A stretch of 64,000 nucleotides of DNA from Bacteroidales bacterium (GCA_030637515.1 DAOWGM010000059.1:25441-89440); one strand, 5' to 3'. Counted from the first letter of the stretch, positions 46,260 through 56,485 are shown. The notes: a model not told the origin generated them from the letters alone. A program made the numbers and translations.

Positions 46260-47572
46260 TTTTTTAAAAGTATATTTAGTTGATCTGCAAATTGATTTGC
46301 CTGATGTTTTCTTGAAAACTTTTGATTATCAGTTTCAGGGTACTTAAATAATTCACCTGAATTATTAAGCCAAAGAGAATAATACTTTTTGATTTGTTCT
46401 TTTATTTTATTTTTTTCAGTATACCCTACCATTTCATCTCTACCCGAATCTCTAAGAATTTCTGAAGCATTTCCGTCAACAGGACCAATAGATAAAACAG
46501 GAGATCCAGAAGCAATATATTCAAATAGTTTTCCTGTAATTATTAGATTATTCGAATCGGTATCAGGTATAATAAATAACAATAAACCAGAATTTACCAT
46601 AAGCTTTACTGCATCCGAATGAGAAACATATGTATTTGTCTTAACTATATCTTTTAAATCAAACTTTTCAATAAACTCAAATAGTCCAGAATTTAAATTA
46701 CCTGTCAGATTAATTACGAAATTAGTACTAAACTCAAGGAGTTCATTTTTTAGTTCTGAAATTGCTTCCCAAAAAGCTTTAATATTTTGATTCGGTTTAA
46801 AATTTCCAACATAAGAAAGTGTAAAAATTTCCGTTTTCTCAGGAATTGTTTCAGGAATATCTTCAGGATCAAAACCATTATAAACGACTTCTATTTTCTT
46901 CGCTCGATCTTTAAATTCTTCCATTAGTCCTTTACTAACAACAGTTACTAAGTCAGAATTCATAAGAACAGAATCTTCCAACTTTCTGTCCTTAATTTTT
47001 GTTCTTTTTGTTCGAGGGAAAAATTTATTGTAAAAAATATTTGTCCAAGGATCTCTAAAATCTGCAATTAAGGACAATCCATACTTCTTCTTTAATTTAA
47101 GACCAATTAAATGAACACTATGAGGAGGTCCTGTAGTAATAATAGCCTCTATTTTATTTTCTTCAATTATTTTGCTTGCTTCTTTTAATGCAAATCGGCT
47201 CCATCCTTTTCTCGCATCAGGAATAAAAAAATTGGCGCGAATAAATAAGGTAAGCTTCTTGAAAAATCCTTTGTTATTTTCAAAACCAATTAATCCTGTC
47301 CCAACCTGTTTTCCTTTTTTCCCTGATAAACGATTATAAATTTCAAAAGGTTCAAATGTTTTGGTTTTAATTACCTGCAGCGAATCAACTTCGTATTCAA
47401 GACTTTGATCAACAGACGAAGAACTTGTATTTTCAACAGTTAGTATAACAGGCTGCCAACCAAAATCAGAAATATATTTCGATATTTTTAAAAAACGTTG
47501 TACTCCAGGCCCTGAAGCCGGAGGCCAGTAGTAAGTTAATATTAGAACTTTTCTTTTAGCTGTGTTTTCCAA
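46256..47572 (-). CDS. Glycosyltransferase family 4
   Basis: 'KVLILTYYWPPASGPGVQR' N-terminus and 'GKLFEYIASGSPVLSIG' motif. Confidence 0.8.
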   Translation of the reverse strand: MENTAKRKVLILTYYWPPASGPGVQRFLKISKYISDFGWQPVILTVENTSSSSVDQSLEYEVDSLQVIKTKTFEPFEIYNRLSGKKGKQVGTGLIGFENNKGFFKKLTLFIRANFFIPDARKGWSRFALKEASKIIEENKIEAIITTGPPHSVHLIGLKLKKKYGLSLIADFRDPWTNIFYNKFFPRTKRTKIKDRKLEDSVLMNSDLVTVVSKGLMEEFKDRAKKIEVVYNGFDPEDIPETIPEKTEIFTLSYVGNFKPNQNIKAFWEAISELKNELLEFSTNFVINLTGNLNSGLFEFIEKFDLKDIVKTNTYVSHSDAVKLMVNSGLLLFIIPDTDSNNLIITGKLFEYIASGSPVLSIGPVDGNASEILRDSGRDEMVGYTEKNKIKEQIKKYYSLWLNNSGELFKYPETDNQKFSRKHQANQFADQLNILLKK

Positions 47573-47586
47573 ATTCCTGATTTATT

Positions 47587-49140
47587 TTAATAAATCTTTT
47601 TCAACAATTTTTTCATACTCACTTTATCATCAACAATCTTAGAAAGTTCTGTAATTGAAACTCTTTCCTGTTTCATTGTATCACGATCACGAATTGTCAC
47701 CGTATTATCTTCAAGAGTTTGATGATCAATAGTTACACAATATGGAGTTCCGATGGCATCTTGTCTACGATAACGACGACCAATAGAATCTTTTTCATCG
47801 TACTGACATGTGAAATCAAACTTTAATTCATCTAAAATCTCACGTGCTTTTTCAGGTAAACCATCTTTCTTAATTAATGGTAATACTGCCAACTTAATTG
47901 GAGCTAATGCAGGAGGAATTTGTAAAACAACTCTGGTATCTGATTCTCCATTTTCTTTTGTAAGTTCTTCCTCTTTTAAGCAAGCTGATAATATTGTTAA
48001 GAAAGTTCTATCCAGTCCAATTGAAGTTTCAACTACATAAGGAACAAAGCTTTCTCCTGACTCAGGATCGTAATACTGCATCTTTTTACCTGAGAACTTC
48101 TGATGTTGAGATAAATCAAAATCAGTTCTTGAATGGATTCCTTCCAGTTCTTTAAACCCAAATGGAAATTCAAATTCGATATCATAAGCTGCATTTGCAT
48201 AATGAGCTAATTTATCATGCTTATGAAATCTGTATTTTTCTTCTGGTAAGCCCATTGCTTTATGCCAGTTTATCCTCACTTCTTTCCAATGTTCAAACCA
48301 TTCCATTTCTGTTCCAGGCTTAATAAAAAATTGCATTTCCATCTGCTCAAATTCACGCATACGGAAAATAAACTGGCGGGCAACTATTTCATTTCTAAAA
48401 GCTTTACCAATTTGTGCAATACCAAAAGGAAGCTTCATGCGACCTGTTTTCTGCACATTAAGATAATTTACAAAAATACCTTGAGCAGTTTCAGGACGTA
48501 AATAGATTTTACTTGCGCCATCAGCTAAGGAACCTAATTGTGTTTCGAACATCAGGTTAAACTGACGCACATCAGTCCAGTTTTTAGAACCAGAAACAGA
48601 ACAAGCAATTTCACAATCAATAATGATTTGCTTTAATTCAACAAGATCATCTGCTTCTAATGCTTTTACTAAACGAGCTTGTATTTCATCAATCTTTGCC
48701 TTGTTTCGTAAAACATTTGGATTTGTTTCCAAAAACTGCTTTTCATCAAAAGTGTCTCCAAATTTCTTCCGACCTTTTTCAACATCCTTATTTATTTTTG
48801 CCTGATATTTTTGAATATGATCTTCAATTAAAGCATCTGCACGATATCTTTTCTTAGAATCTTTATTGTCAATTAATGGATCGTTAAAAGCACTTGTATG
48901 ACCTGATGCGTTCCATATCTCAGGATGCATAAATATAGCTGTATCAATTCCAACAATATTTTCATTCATTTTAACCATTGCATCCCACCAATACTTTTTA
49001 ATGTTGTTCTTTAATTCAACACCCATCTGTCCATAGTCATAAACAGCACTTAATCCATCATAAATTTCACTTGATTGAAAAATGTAACCGTACTCTTTTG
49101 CGTGTGCAATAAGTTTCTTAAATTGATCGTCTTGAGCCAT
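47587..49140 (-). CDS. glyQS: Glycine--tRNA ligase (homodimeric class II)
   Basis: 'AKEYGYIFQSSEIYDGLSAVYDYGQMGVELKNNIKKYWW', 517 aa. Confidence 0.95.
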   Translation of the reverse strand: MAQDDQFKKLIAHAKEYGYIFQSSEIYDGLSAVYDYGQMGVELKNNIKKYWWDAMVKMNENIVGIDTAIFMHPEIWNASGHTSAFNDPLIDNKDSKKRYRADALIEDHIQKYQAKINKDVEKGRKKFGDTFDEKQFLETNPNVLRNKAKIDEIQARLVKALEADDLVELKQIIIDCEIACSVSGSKNWTDVRQFNLMFETQLGSLADGASKIYLRPETAQGIFVNYLNVQKTGRMKLPFGIAQIGKAFRNEIVARQFIFRMREFEQMEMQFFIKPGTEMEWFEHWKEVRINWHKAMGLPEEKYRFHKHDKLAHYANAAYDIEFEFPFGFKELEGIHSRTDFDLSQHQKFSGKKMQYYDPESGESFVPYVVETSIGLDRTFLTILSACLKEEELTKENGESDTRVVLQIPPALAPIKLAVLPLIKKDGLPEKAREILDELKFDFTCQYDEKDSIGRRYRRQDAIGTPYCVTIDHQTLEDNTVTIRDRDTMKQERVSITELSKIVDDKVSMKKLLKKIY

Positions 49141-49276
49141 ATTCTATTCTTTTTTAATCTCTTTTTTATTAATCAGACAAAAATAATCGAAATAGTTTTT
49201 AAATCATAACATTATTATCATATACCTATAAAGCGTATAATTACCTTAAAATCTATATTTTTTCAATAACAATTTC

Positions 49277-49284
49277 TACCTTTG
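49277..49284 (+). promoter_or_regulatory. -7 box (TACCTTTG) upstream of nadB
   Basis: TAnnTTTG, 27 nt before the ATG at 49312. Confidence 0.4.
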
Positions 49285-49311
49285 CTTATTAGCATTTAAA
49301 CTCCTTTAAAT

Positions 49312-50892
49312 ATGATAAGAGAAACCGAATTTTTGGTTTTAGGATCTGGTATAGCAGGATTAAGTTTCGCACTAAAAGTTGCAGAATTTGGAAAAGTGAT
49401 TTTGATTAGTAAAACATCGCTTGAAGAATCGAATACTAAATATGCTCAGGGAGGAATTGCTGCTGTTACTTATGAACCTGATAATATAAAAAAACATGTA
49501 GAAGATACTCTTATTGCAGGTGATGGTTTATGCAATCGTGAGATTGTTGAAATGGTAGTAAAAGAAGCTCCTGCTCAAATACAACAGCTTATTGACTGGG
49601 GAGTAAGTTTTGATCGGAATGAAAAAGGAGCATATGATTTAGGTAGAGAAGGAGGACATTCTGAATACAGGGTATTACACCATAAAGATAAGACAGGAGA
49701 AGAAATTCAAAATTCATTAGTAAAAAGAGTAAAAGAACATCGTAATATTGAAATATTAGAAAATCATTTTGCGGTTGATCTAATTACACAACATCATTTA
49801 GGAAAATTAGTAAAACGCAATCAAAAAAATACAGATTGTTACGGATCCTATATTCTTGATTTACAAACAGACCAGGTAAACACTTTTCTTTCTAAAATTA
49901 CTTTAATTGCAACCGGAGGAACTGGTAATTTATACGAGTCGACCACTAATCCGAAGATCGCCACAGGTGATGGAATAGCCATGGTTTACCGTGCAAAAGG
50001 AGTTATTGAAAATATGGAGTTTATGCAGTTCCATCCAACTTCACTTTATAATCCTGGCGAAAAGCCTTCTTTTTTAATCACAGAAGCTCTTCGTGGTTTT
50101 GGAGCTATACTAAAAACCACAAAAGGAGAAGAATTCATGCAGAAATACCATAAAAAGGGATGTCTTGCTCCACGTGATATAGTAGCACGCGCGATTGATT
50201 ATGAGATGAAAATATCTGGTGATGATTATGTTCATCTGGATTGCTCACATCTTAATGCTAAAAAATTAAAAGATCACTTTCCAAATATTTACAATAAATG
50301 TTTATCTCTAAATATTAATATTACTAAAGACCCTATTCCCGTTGTTCCAGCGGCACACTATATGTGTGGCGGAATAAAAGTTGATAAAAATGGATGCAGT
50401 GCGATTAACCGTCTTTATGCAATAGGAGAAGTTTCCTCAACAGGACTACATGGAGCCAACAGACTGGCATCAAATTCTTTATCTGAAGCTGTTGTTTATG
50501 CAGACAGGGCCGCAAAAGATGCAATAAAAAAAATAGTTCATCAGGAGATTAACAAAAATATTCCGGAATGGGATTCTCAAGGAACAACATATCCTGAAGA
50601 AATGATTATGATTACTCAGAATTACAAGGAAATGCAACAAATAATGAGTAATTATGTAGGAATAGTAAGATCTAATCTTCGATTAGAAAGAGCCTTACGA
50701 CGATTAGAAATCATTTATAAAGAAACTGAAGAATTATATGAAAGGTCTATCCTTTCACAAAAACTTTGCGAGCTAAGAAACCTGATTAACGTTGGTTATC
50801 TGATATTAAAAATGGCTCAGGGCCTGCACGAGAGTAGAGGCTTACACTATACCATTGACTATCCTAAAAAAGGATCTGTTAGTGAATTTTAA
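49312..50892 (+). CDS. nadB: L-aspartate oxidase
   Basis: FAD motif 'VLGSGIAGLS', 'YAQGGIAA', 'HPTSL', 'GLHGANRLASNSL'. Confidence 0.95.
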   Translation: MIRETEFLVLGSGIAGLSFALKVAEFGKVILISKTSLEESNTKYAQGGIAAVTYEPDNIKKHVEDTLIAGDGLCNREIVEMVVKEAPAQIQQLIDWGVSFDRNEKGAYDLGREGGHSEYRVLHHKDKTGEEIQNSLVKRVKEHRNIEILENHFAVDLITQHHLGKLVKRNQKNTDCYGSYILDLQTDQVNTFLSKITLIATGGTGNLYESTTNPKIATGDGIAMVYRAKGVIENMEFMQFHPTSLYNPGEKPSFLITEALRGFGAILKTTKGEEFMQKYHKKGCLAPRDIVARAIDYEMKISGDDYVHLDCSHLNAKKLKDHFPNIYNKCLSLNINITKDPIPVVPAAHYMCGGIKVDKNGCSAINRLYAIGEVSSTGLHGANRLASNSLSEAVVYADRAAKDAIKKIVHQEINKNIPEWDSQGTTYPEEMIMITQNYKEMQQIMSNYVGIVRSNLRLERALRRLEIIYKETEELYERSILSQKLCELRNLINVGYLILKMAQGLHESRGLHYTIDYPKKGSVSEF

Positions 50893-50900
50893 AAAGAAAA

Positions 50901-50922
50901 GGCGACCGATGGTCGCCTTTTT
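50901..50922. terminator. Bidirectional terminator between nadB and the C25 peptidase gene
   Basis: GGCGACC-GAT-GGTCGCC stem-loop flanked by an A-run upstream and a T-run downstream. Confidence 0.8.
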
Positions 50923-50924
50923 TG

Positions 50925-53900
50925 TTATTCTTTAATCAGTTTTTGTTTATAGACCTTTTCTCCTGTGTCAATTTGAATTATATAAATTCCATTCGAACAA
51001 TCAGAAATATCTATATTAACCTCTGAACTTTCAGAAACTCTATTTAGAATTTGTTTGCCATTAATATCATAAACAGAAATCTTCGACTTTGTTAATTTTT
51101 CTCCCTGAATTATTATAATTCCAGAAGTAGGATTTGGATAAATCTTAAAATCATCTGAATTTAGAATCTCATCTTCAATTGATGTTGATAATAAAGAAAC
51201 TTCACAAGTAACATTTTCATCTACAACATTCATGCTCCCGGCTTTTGAATAAAATCCAAAGGCACTAATTTTATAAGAATAAGTTCCGGCTATTAAATCA
51301 TATGAAGTTTCTCCCTGATCATTTGTTGTTTGTTCCTTAGAATAATTAACTAATACACTTGCGCCTTCAACATTATTTGTTCCATCATCAACTTTAAATT
51401 TAACTACATATCTTTCAGGCTCATATACGTTTATCGTATAGTCTTCAACTTCTCCATAACTTGTTACCCCACAAGGATTTAAGACTCCGCCGTACTGCAC
51501 CCTCACTCTCATAGTAGTTTCACCTACCGATGCATCCAAAGGAACTACAATTGTACCGGTACCGGTACCAGAAGAATATGAGATTGTAATTTCTTCATCT
51601 TCATCATCAAAATCTTTATCTTGATTCCAGTCAATCCAACAACCCATTATATCTAAATCATAAGGATTCCCATTTGTCATTACAATTTCATATGACATTT
51701 CCTGACCTAAATCTGTTGATATTGCTGTAAAATCCTGATAATTACTACAAGCCGAAGAATTATCAATTGTATTTAATATTACCTGTCCTATATACAATAA
51801 ACAATCTCCGTTTGCATCACAATATTTAGCTTCTTCAACATTTATTAAATCATCATATCCAAGAGTATCATCTCCAAATGCATTTATAACTTTTAGTCCT
51901 ACATTATAAGTACCTAAGTCATTAAATGTAACAGTCGGATTTTGTTCAGTGGAAGAGGCTGGCGTTCCACCTTCAAAGCTCCAGATCCATGATGTTGGTT
52001 CGTTTAAAGAATAATCAGTAAACTGAACTGATTCGCCAGGAAGAATTTTGGTATTGCTCGGTAAAAATGATGCTGATGGCGGAAATTCACAAGTACCGTT
52101 AACTGTTATATTAACTACATATGGTTTATGGTTATCTTTAGAGATTGTTACTATCCCCGGATCAGTTGAATTACCTGCATAATCAAAATTAATTGTTGCA
52201 TTTCCTCCAGAAACAACTTCTTTCCCAACTAACTTACCATCTATAACTAAAGTAACTAAGGAACCTTCAACAGTACATCCTGATATTGAAAAAGATGTTG
52301 CATCACAATCTATTAAAGACGGTACTGTAGCTGAGATTAAATTATTGTTTGGATTTTCTGTCCATATTTTCATTGCAGGATCACCAAAATAATGAAATAA
52401 CTCATAAGTATATGTATTATCACCATAATTTTGAACCATTGCGTACAAGCCTTGATTTACAACATCTCCCATTGTACGAATATCGTTTCCTGCACCGATG
52501 GTATAATTAGTTCCGGTTCCATAAGAACCAAAATCAGGAGATATTCCTGGATCTGACCATATCGCATCTATCATTCCTTCTGAAAGGGCATCATTATAAC
52601 CACTATAACTGTAATATGCAGCACCTACCACTCCAACAGCTCCTTTGTTTTCCATTCTTAAAAATTTTTCGGCAAAACAATTATCCAATTGAAATTCTCC
52701 CGTATGACAATTCATACTAAAGATAACCGGAAGCAAATCTCCATTTGAAAGGTTGGTCATAGAAGAAGTAGTGTAGTATGGATGAGCCCAACCTGAGCCT
52801 CCACTATAACCATGATCTCTATGAAATACCATGAATTTTCCGGCATCAATTGCTGATGTTATTTCAGTACTTCCTCCACTCCAATTAAATGAAGGATCTC
52901 TAAGTTCGGTAGGTAGTAACTGCCCATCAGAATAATCTCCATTATTGTAACGTAAAGTAGTTACATCTGCAGTTCCAGCACCAGTTTCTCTAAAGTATAT
53001 TCTTTCTGAAGTATAACCGTAATTACCTTGTAAATAATCTCTAATCTCTTCGCTTGTGTGACAAAAACGTCTGTCTGCATATCCATCATTGTTATCTGTG
53101 TCCTGCCATTGTGCACAGTTTAATATATTTTGATAATATCCTGTATTTGTAGTTGGAGTTTTTTCGTAATTAATAATTTTATCAATAACAACATCAGCTT
53201 CTGCACTTGTTGATACGGATATTCTTCCATGTGCCATATCTGGAACATGGTCAAGTCCTTCATCCATACATGCATAATATAGATCCGTTGCAAAATCATC
53301 ACCTTCGGGTTCTTGCTTAATAGTTCCTGGTACTGCATAAGAACCTGTATGATCACCAATAATTACAAAATAATCCGGTTTTATTGTCCATGTATTATAT
53401 CTTGCGTGCACAGCATCTTTAACCTCTTCGGCTGTCCATGAAGATTTAGAAACAACATCAACCGAATAACCAAGTTGACGTTTCCAATTTGCTAATTTTT
53501 CCGCTTGCGAAATATATTGCGAATGCGTGATAATAATGTAGTTTTTTCCTCCTCCTGATTTATTTTTTTTTTGATTCTCCGCAGAAAATCCATCAGGTAT
53601 ACTTTCAGAGTTAATTACACTCCGCTTTAATAAATTTGTATAATGCAGTGTGTTTTCAGTTGCTATATAATCAAAAGACTCTTCTCCACCAACTGTTTCT
53701 AATCTGTATTTTATATTAGTATAAACCCTTATTTTACCTGTAACAGGATTAAATTGTACTGGTCTTATCTGAGTGTTAGCAAGACCTGTTCCTCTGTTTA
53801 TACCCACACTAACAATTTCAACTATATTTTTTGGGAAGAATTCATCCTTTGAATAAACCACAAGATCCTTTTTGAACTTTGGGCTAGGTGCACCTTCAGT

Positions 53901-54320
53901 ATCTCTGGCAGGTTCAAGTGTTGGATGAACCATATATCCATCGTATTCGTAATACTTAGCATCGAGAATAATTATTTTCCCTATAGCTCCTTTTGGCATT
54001 GCAATAATATCACTATATGCAGGCATAGCAGGTGCGCCAATTTGCGACATTGTTCCAAAACCATCAATATAAAAATAATTATACGTAGATTTTTCAACTT
54101 CAGTCTCTGAAATAAAAGCTCCTGTAAAGGTATACCCTATTTCCACATCATTTGATTTTACACTCTCATAAGCTCTTTGTGGTTCTGTTTCAATTTCCGT
54201 CTTAGCTTCCTTTATTCCATCTTCAAAAGAAAGGTATGTGTTTTGAGAAAATGAATTTATTGATAAAAATAAAAACATTGCTAAACACAAAACTGATTTT
54301 TTAAACAATAAATGTTTCAT
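50925..54320 (-). CDS. Peptidase C25 (gingipain-like) with PKD domain, GEVED domain and T9SS C-terminal sorting domain
   Basis: Signal peptide. 'NYIIITHSQYISQAEKLANWKRQLGY', candidate catalytic 'FHRDHGYSGG' / 'FSMNCHTGEF'. PKD 'VQFTDYS...WSFEGGTP..S.EQNPTVTF...GTYNVGLKV'. 'YGEVEDYTINV'. C-terminus 'FKIYPNPTSGIIII...GIYIIQI'. Confidence 0.85.
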   Translation of the reverse strand: MKHLLFKKSVLCLAMFLFLSINSFSQNTYLSFEDGIKEAKTEIETEPQRAYESVKSNDVEIGYTFTGAFISETEVEKSTYNYFYIDGFGTMSQIGAPAMPAYSDIIAMPKGAIGKIIILDAKYYEYDGYMVHPTLEPARDTEGAPSPKFKKDLVVYSKDEFFPKNIVEIVSVGINRGTGLANTQIRPVQFNPVTGKIRVYTNIKYRLETVGGEESFDYIATENTLHYTNLLKRSVINSESIPDGFSAENQKKNKSGGGKNYIIITHSQYISQAEKLANWKRQLGYSVDVVSKSSWTAEEVKDAVHARYNTWTIKPDYFVIIGDHTGSYAVPGTIKQEPEGDDFATDLYYACMDEGLDHVPDMAHGRISVSTSAEADVVIDKIINYEKTPTTNTGYYQNILNCAQWQDTDNNDGYADRRFCHTSEEIRDYLQGNYGYTSERIYFRETGAGTADVTTLRYNNGDYSDGQLLPTELRDPSFNWSGGSTEITSAIDAGKFMVFHRDHGYSGGSGWAHPYYTTSSMTNLSNGDLLPVIFSMNCHTGEFQLDNCFAEKFLRMENKGAVGVVGAAYYSYSGYNDALSEGMIDAIWSDPGISPDFGSYGTGTNYTIGAGNDIRTMGDVVNQGLYAMVQNYGDNTYTYELFHYFGDPAMKIWTENPNNNLISATVPSLIDCDATSFSISGCTVEGSLVTLVIDGKLVGKEVVSGGNATINFDYAGNSTDPGIVTISKDNHKPYVVNITVNGTCEFPPSASFLPSNTKILPGESVQFTDYSLNEPTSWIWSFEGGTPASSTEQNPTVTFNDLGTYNVGLKVINAFGDDTLGYDDLINVEEAKYCDANGDCLLYIGQVILNTIDNSSACSNYQDFTAISTDLGQEMSYEIVMTNGNPYDLDIMGCWIDWNQDKDFDDEDEEITISYSSGTGTGTIVVPLDASVGETTMRVRVQYGGVLNPCGVTSYGEVEDYTINVYEPERYVVKFKVDDGTNNVEGASVLVNYSKEQTTNDQGETSYDLIAGTYSYKISAFGFYSKAGSMNVVDENVTCEVSLLSTSIEDEILNSDDFKIYPNPTSGIIIIQGEKLTKSKISVYDINGKQILNRVSESSEVNIDISDCSNGIYIIQIDTGEKVYKQKLIKE

Positions 54321-54486
54321 ATAATAATCTATAGGTTAATAAAATGTATATTTTTCAAAATGTGAAGATAGTAAATTTATTATACGAGCTTTGAAAAAAA
54401 TAAAAAAATGTTCAAATTTAAGCTGAAGTCTTATAGTTTTTTGGCAAGTAACTTTATGAAAAAAACTATATACCTTAAAAAAATAG

Positions 54487-54494
54487 TAGTTTTG
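54487..54494 (+). promoter_or_regulatory. -7 box (TAGTTTTG) upstream of lpxK
   Basis: TAnnTTTG, 35 nt before the ATG at 54530. Confidence 0.4.
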
Positions 54495-54529
54495 TACTAA
54501 GAAAATATTTTCTTCATTTCAATAAGCTA

Positions 54530-55633
54530 ATGAATAAACCATTACGAAATATATTAAGTCCGGTTTTATTCCCGTTAAGTTTGCTTTACGGTTTCATCAT
54601 TTATATCCGAAATCGATTATTTGATTACAATCTGTTTAAATCAAATCAATTTAATATTCCTTTAATTTCCGTTGGCAATATTACTGTTGGAGGAACAGGG
54701 AAAACGCCACATATTGAGTATCTAACCAACTTACTTAAATCTGAATTTAAAGTTGCTACATTAAGCAGAGGATATAAAAGAAAATCGAAAGGTTTTATTT
54801 TATCAACAATAAACTCTACAGATACTGAAATTGGTGATGAACCAAAACAAATTAAACAAAAATTTCCAGACATTGATGTAGCAGTTGATGAAAGCAGAAC
54901 ACGAGGGATTAATAAATTAATTCAACAGAAAAACCCTGATGTAATTTTATTAGATGACGCTTTCCAACATAGAAAAGTAAACCCTGGTTTATCTATCCTA
55001 TTAATTGATTTTTCAAGACCCATAAACAAAGATTTTATGCTGCCTTTTGGCAATTTGAGAGAACAGGAATTTGAAAAAAGACGGGCTAAAATTATCATTG
55101 TAACCAAATCTCCCAATGATTTAAAGCCAATTGAACGAAGAATTATCTTTAATGAAATAAAGCCCTACCCTTTTCAACATGTATTTTTTACATGCTTTGA
55201 TTACGGTAAAATAACTCCCGTCTTTGGTAATTCTGAGAACAAAATTGAAGATAATATTTCCAAAAATTACGAAGTATTATTAGTAACAGGAATTGCAAAT
55301 CCAAAACCCTTAAAAAAATATATTTTGGAAAATATTTCCAAAAATATTCATAATTTAGAATATTCGGATCATTACTCTTTCAAAGACTCTGATTTTAAAA
55401 CAATTACACGAAAATTTAAAGAGATCGGTTCAGATAATAAAATCATCATTACAACAGAAAAAGATGCAATGCGTTTGCAAAAATTTAGTAATATTGCTGA
55501 TAATCTGAAAGAATCGTTTTTTTATATTCCGATTCAGGTTAAATTTTTAAATAACCGAACAGATAATTTTAATCAACAAGTCATTGAATATGTTAGAAAG
55601 AATAAAGAGCACAGTTTCCTATATCCAGGATAA
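54530..55633 (+). CDS. lpxK: Tetraacyldisaccharide 4'-kinase
   Basis: 'ISVGNITVGGTGKTPHIEYL' P-loop and 'LLDDAFQHR'. Confidence 0.9.
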   Translation: MNKPLRNILSPVLFPLSLLYGFIIYIRNRLFDYNLFKSNQFNIPLISVGNITVGGTGKTPHIEYLTNLLKSEFKVATLSRGYKRKSKGFILSTINSTDTEIGDEPKQIKQKFPDIDVAVDESRTRGINKLIQQKNPDVILLDDAFQHRKVNPGLSILLIDFSRPINKDFMLPFGNLREQEFEKRRAKIIIVTKSPNDLKPIERRIIFNEIKPYPFQHVFFTCFDYGKITPVFGNSENKIEDNISKNYEVLLVTGIANPKPLKKYILENISKNIHNLEYSDHYSFKDSDFKTITRKFKEIGSDNKIIITTEKDAMRLQKFSNIADNLKESFFYIPIQVKFLNNRTDNFNQQVIEYVRKNKEHSFLYPG

Positions 55634-56399
55634 GACAAAATTTCAACCAGAAGTTGGAATTATTTTAGGAACAGGTTTAGGTGGATTGGTTAAAGATATA
55701 AAGATTGAACATTCTCTTGATTATGATACAATTCCTGATTTTCCGGTTTCTACGGTAGATGGTCATCATGGAAGATTAATTTTAGGTGAATTAGGCGGCA
55801 AAAAAATTGTTGCTATGCAGGGACGTTTCCATTTTTATGAAGGATATCCGATGGAAATGGTAATTTTCCCGGTACGTGTAATGAAATTTTTAGGAATAAA
55901 AACATTGTTTGTTTCAAATGCAAGTGGTGGAGTAAATCCTGATTTCGAGATTGGTGATTTAATGATTCAGAACGATCATATTAATTTAATTCCAAATCCA
56001 TTAATTGGAAGACACATACCTGAGTTTGGTGCTCGTTTCCCTGATATGAGCGAAGCTTATGATCCTGTTTTAATAGAAAAAGCAAAAGAAATAGCAAAAA
56101 AGAATAACATAAAAGTTCAGGTTGGATGCTATGTTGCAACAACAGGACCTACTTTTGAAACTCCAAAAGAATATCAGTATTTTAGAATTATTGGTGGCGA
56201 TACTGTTGGGATGTCAACTGTTCCAGAAGTTATTGTTGCCCGACAAATGGGAGTTCCTTGTTTTGCAATATCAATTATTACTGATTTAGGTGTCCCGGGT
56301 AAAATTGTTGAAGTAACTCATGAGGAAGTTCAGAAAGTAGCTTCAAAAGCCGAAACCAAAATGACCCTCATAATGGAAGAATTAATATCTCAATTATAA
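55590..56399 (+). CDS. Purine nucleoside phosphorylase (trimeric PNP/MTAP family)
   Basis: 'PEVGIILGTGLGGL', 'GRFHFYEGY', 'NASGG', 'GPTFETPKE', 'GGDTVGMSTVPE'. I prefer the ATG at 55590 over the TTG at 55584. Confidence 0.9.
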   Translation: MLERIKSTVSYIQDKTKFQPEVGIILGTGLGGLVKDIKIEHSLDYDTIPDFPVSTVDGHHGRLILGELGGKKIVAMQGRFHFYEGYPMEMVIFPVRVMKFLGIKTLFVSNASGGVNPDFEIGDLMIQNDHINLIPNPLIGRHIPEFGARFPDMSEAYDPVLIEKAKEIAKKNNIKVQVGCYVATTGPTFETPKEYQYFRIIGGDTVGMSTVPEVIVARQMGVPCFAISIITDLGVPGKIVEVTHEEVQKVASKAETKMTLIMEELISQL

Positions 56400-56426
56400 A
56401 GTAATCAGACACATAAAACTTCACAC

Positions 56427-56485
56427 TTCGACAAGCTCAGTGTGACAGAGGAATTTAAAAAAGTTGTCATATTGAGCAAGTCGAA
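56427..56485 (+). repeat. Imperfect 20-nt inverted repeat (hairpin) downstream of the PNP gene
   Basis: TTCGACAAGCTCAGTGTGAC ... GTCATATTGAGCAAGTCGAA. 18 of 20 positions pair in the + sense RNA, including two G-U wobbles. 19-nt loop. T-run at 56497-56503. Confidence 0.5.

Noticed and set aside
49141-49311. T-box or other riboswitch upstream of glyQS / nadB
   Set aside because: The 171-bp divergent region is AT-rich with only promoter-like boxes (CAAAAATA at 49178-49185 for glyQS, TACCTTTG for nadB). No specifier or antiterminator-type stems are visible.
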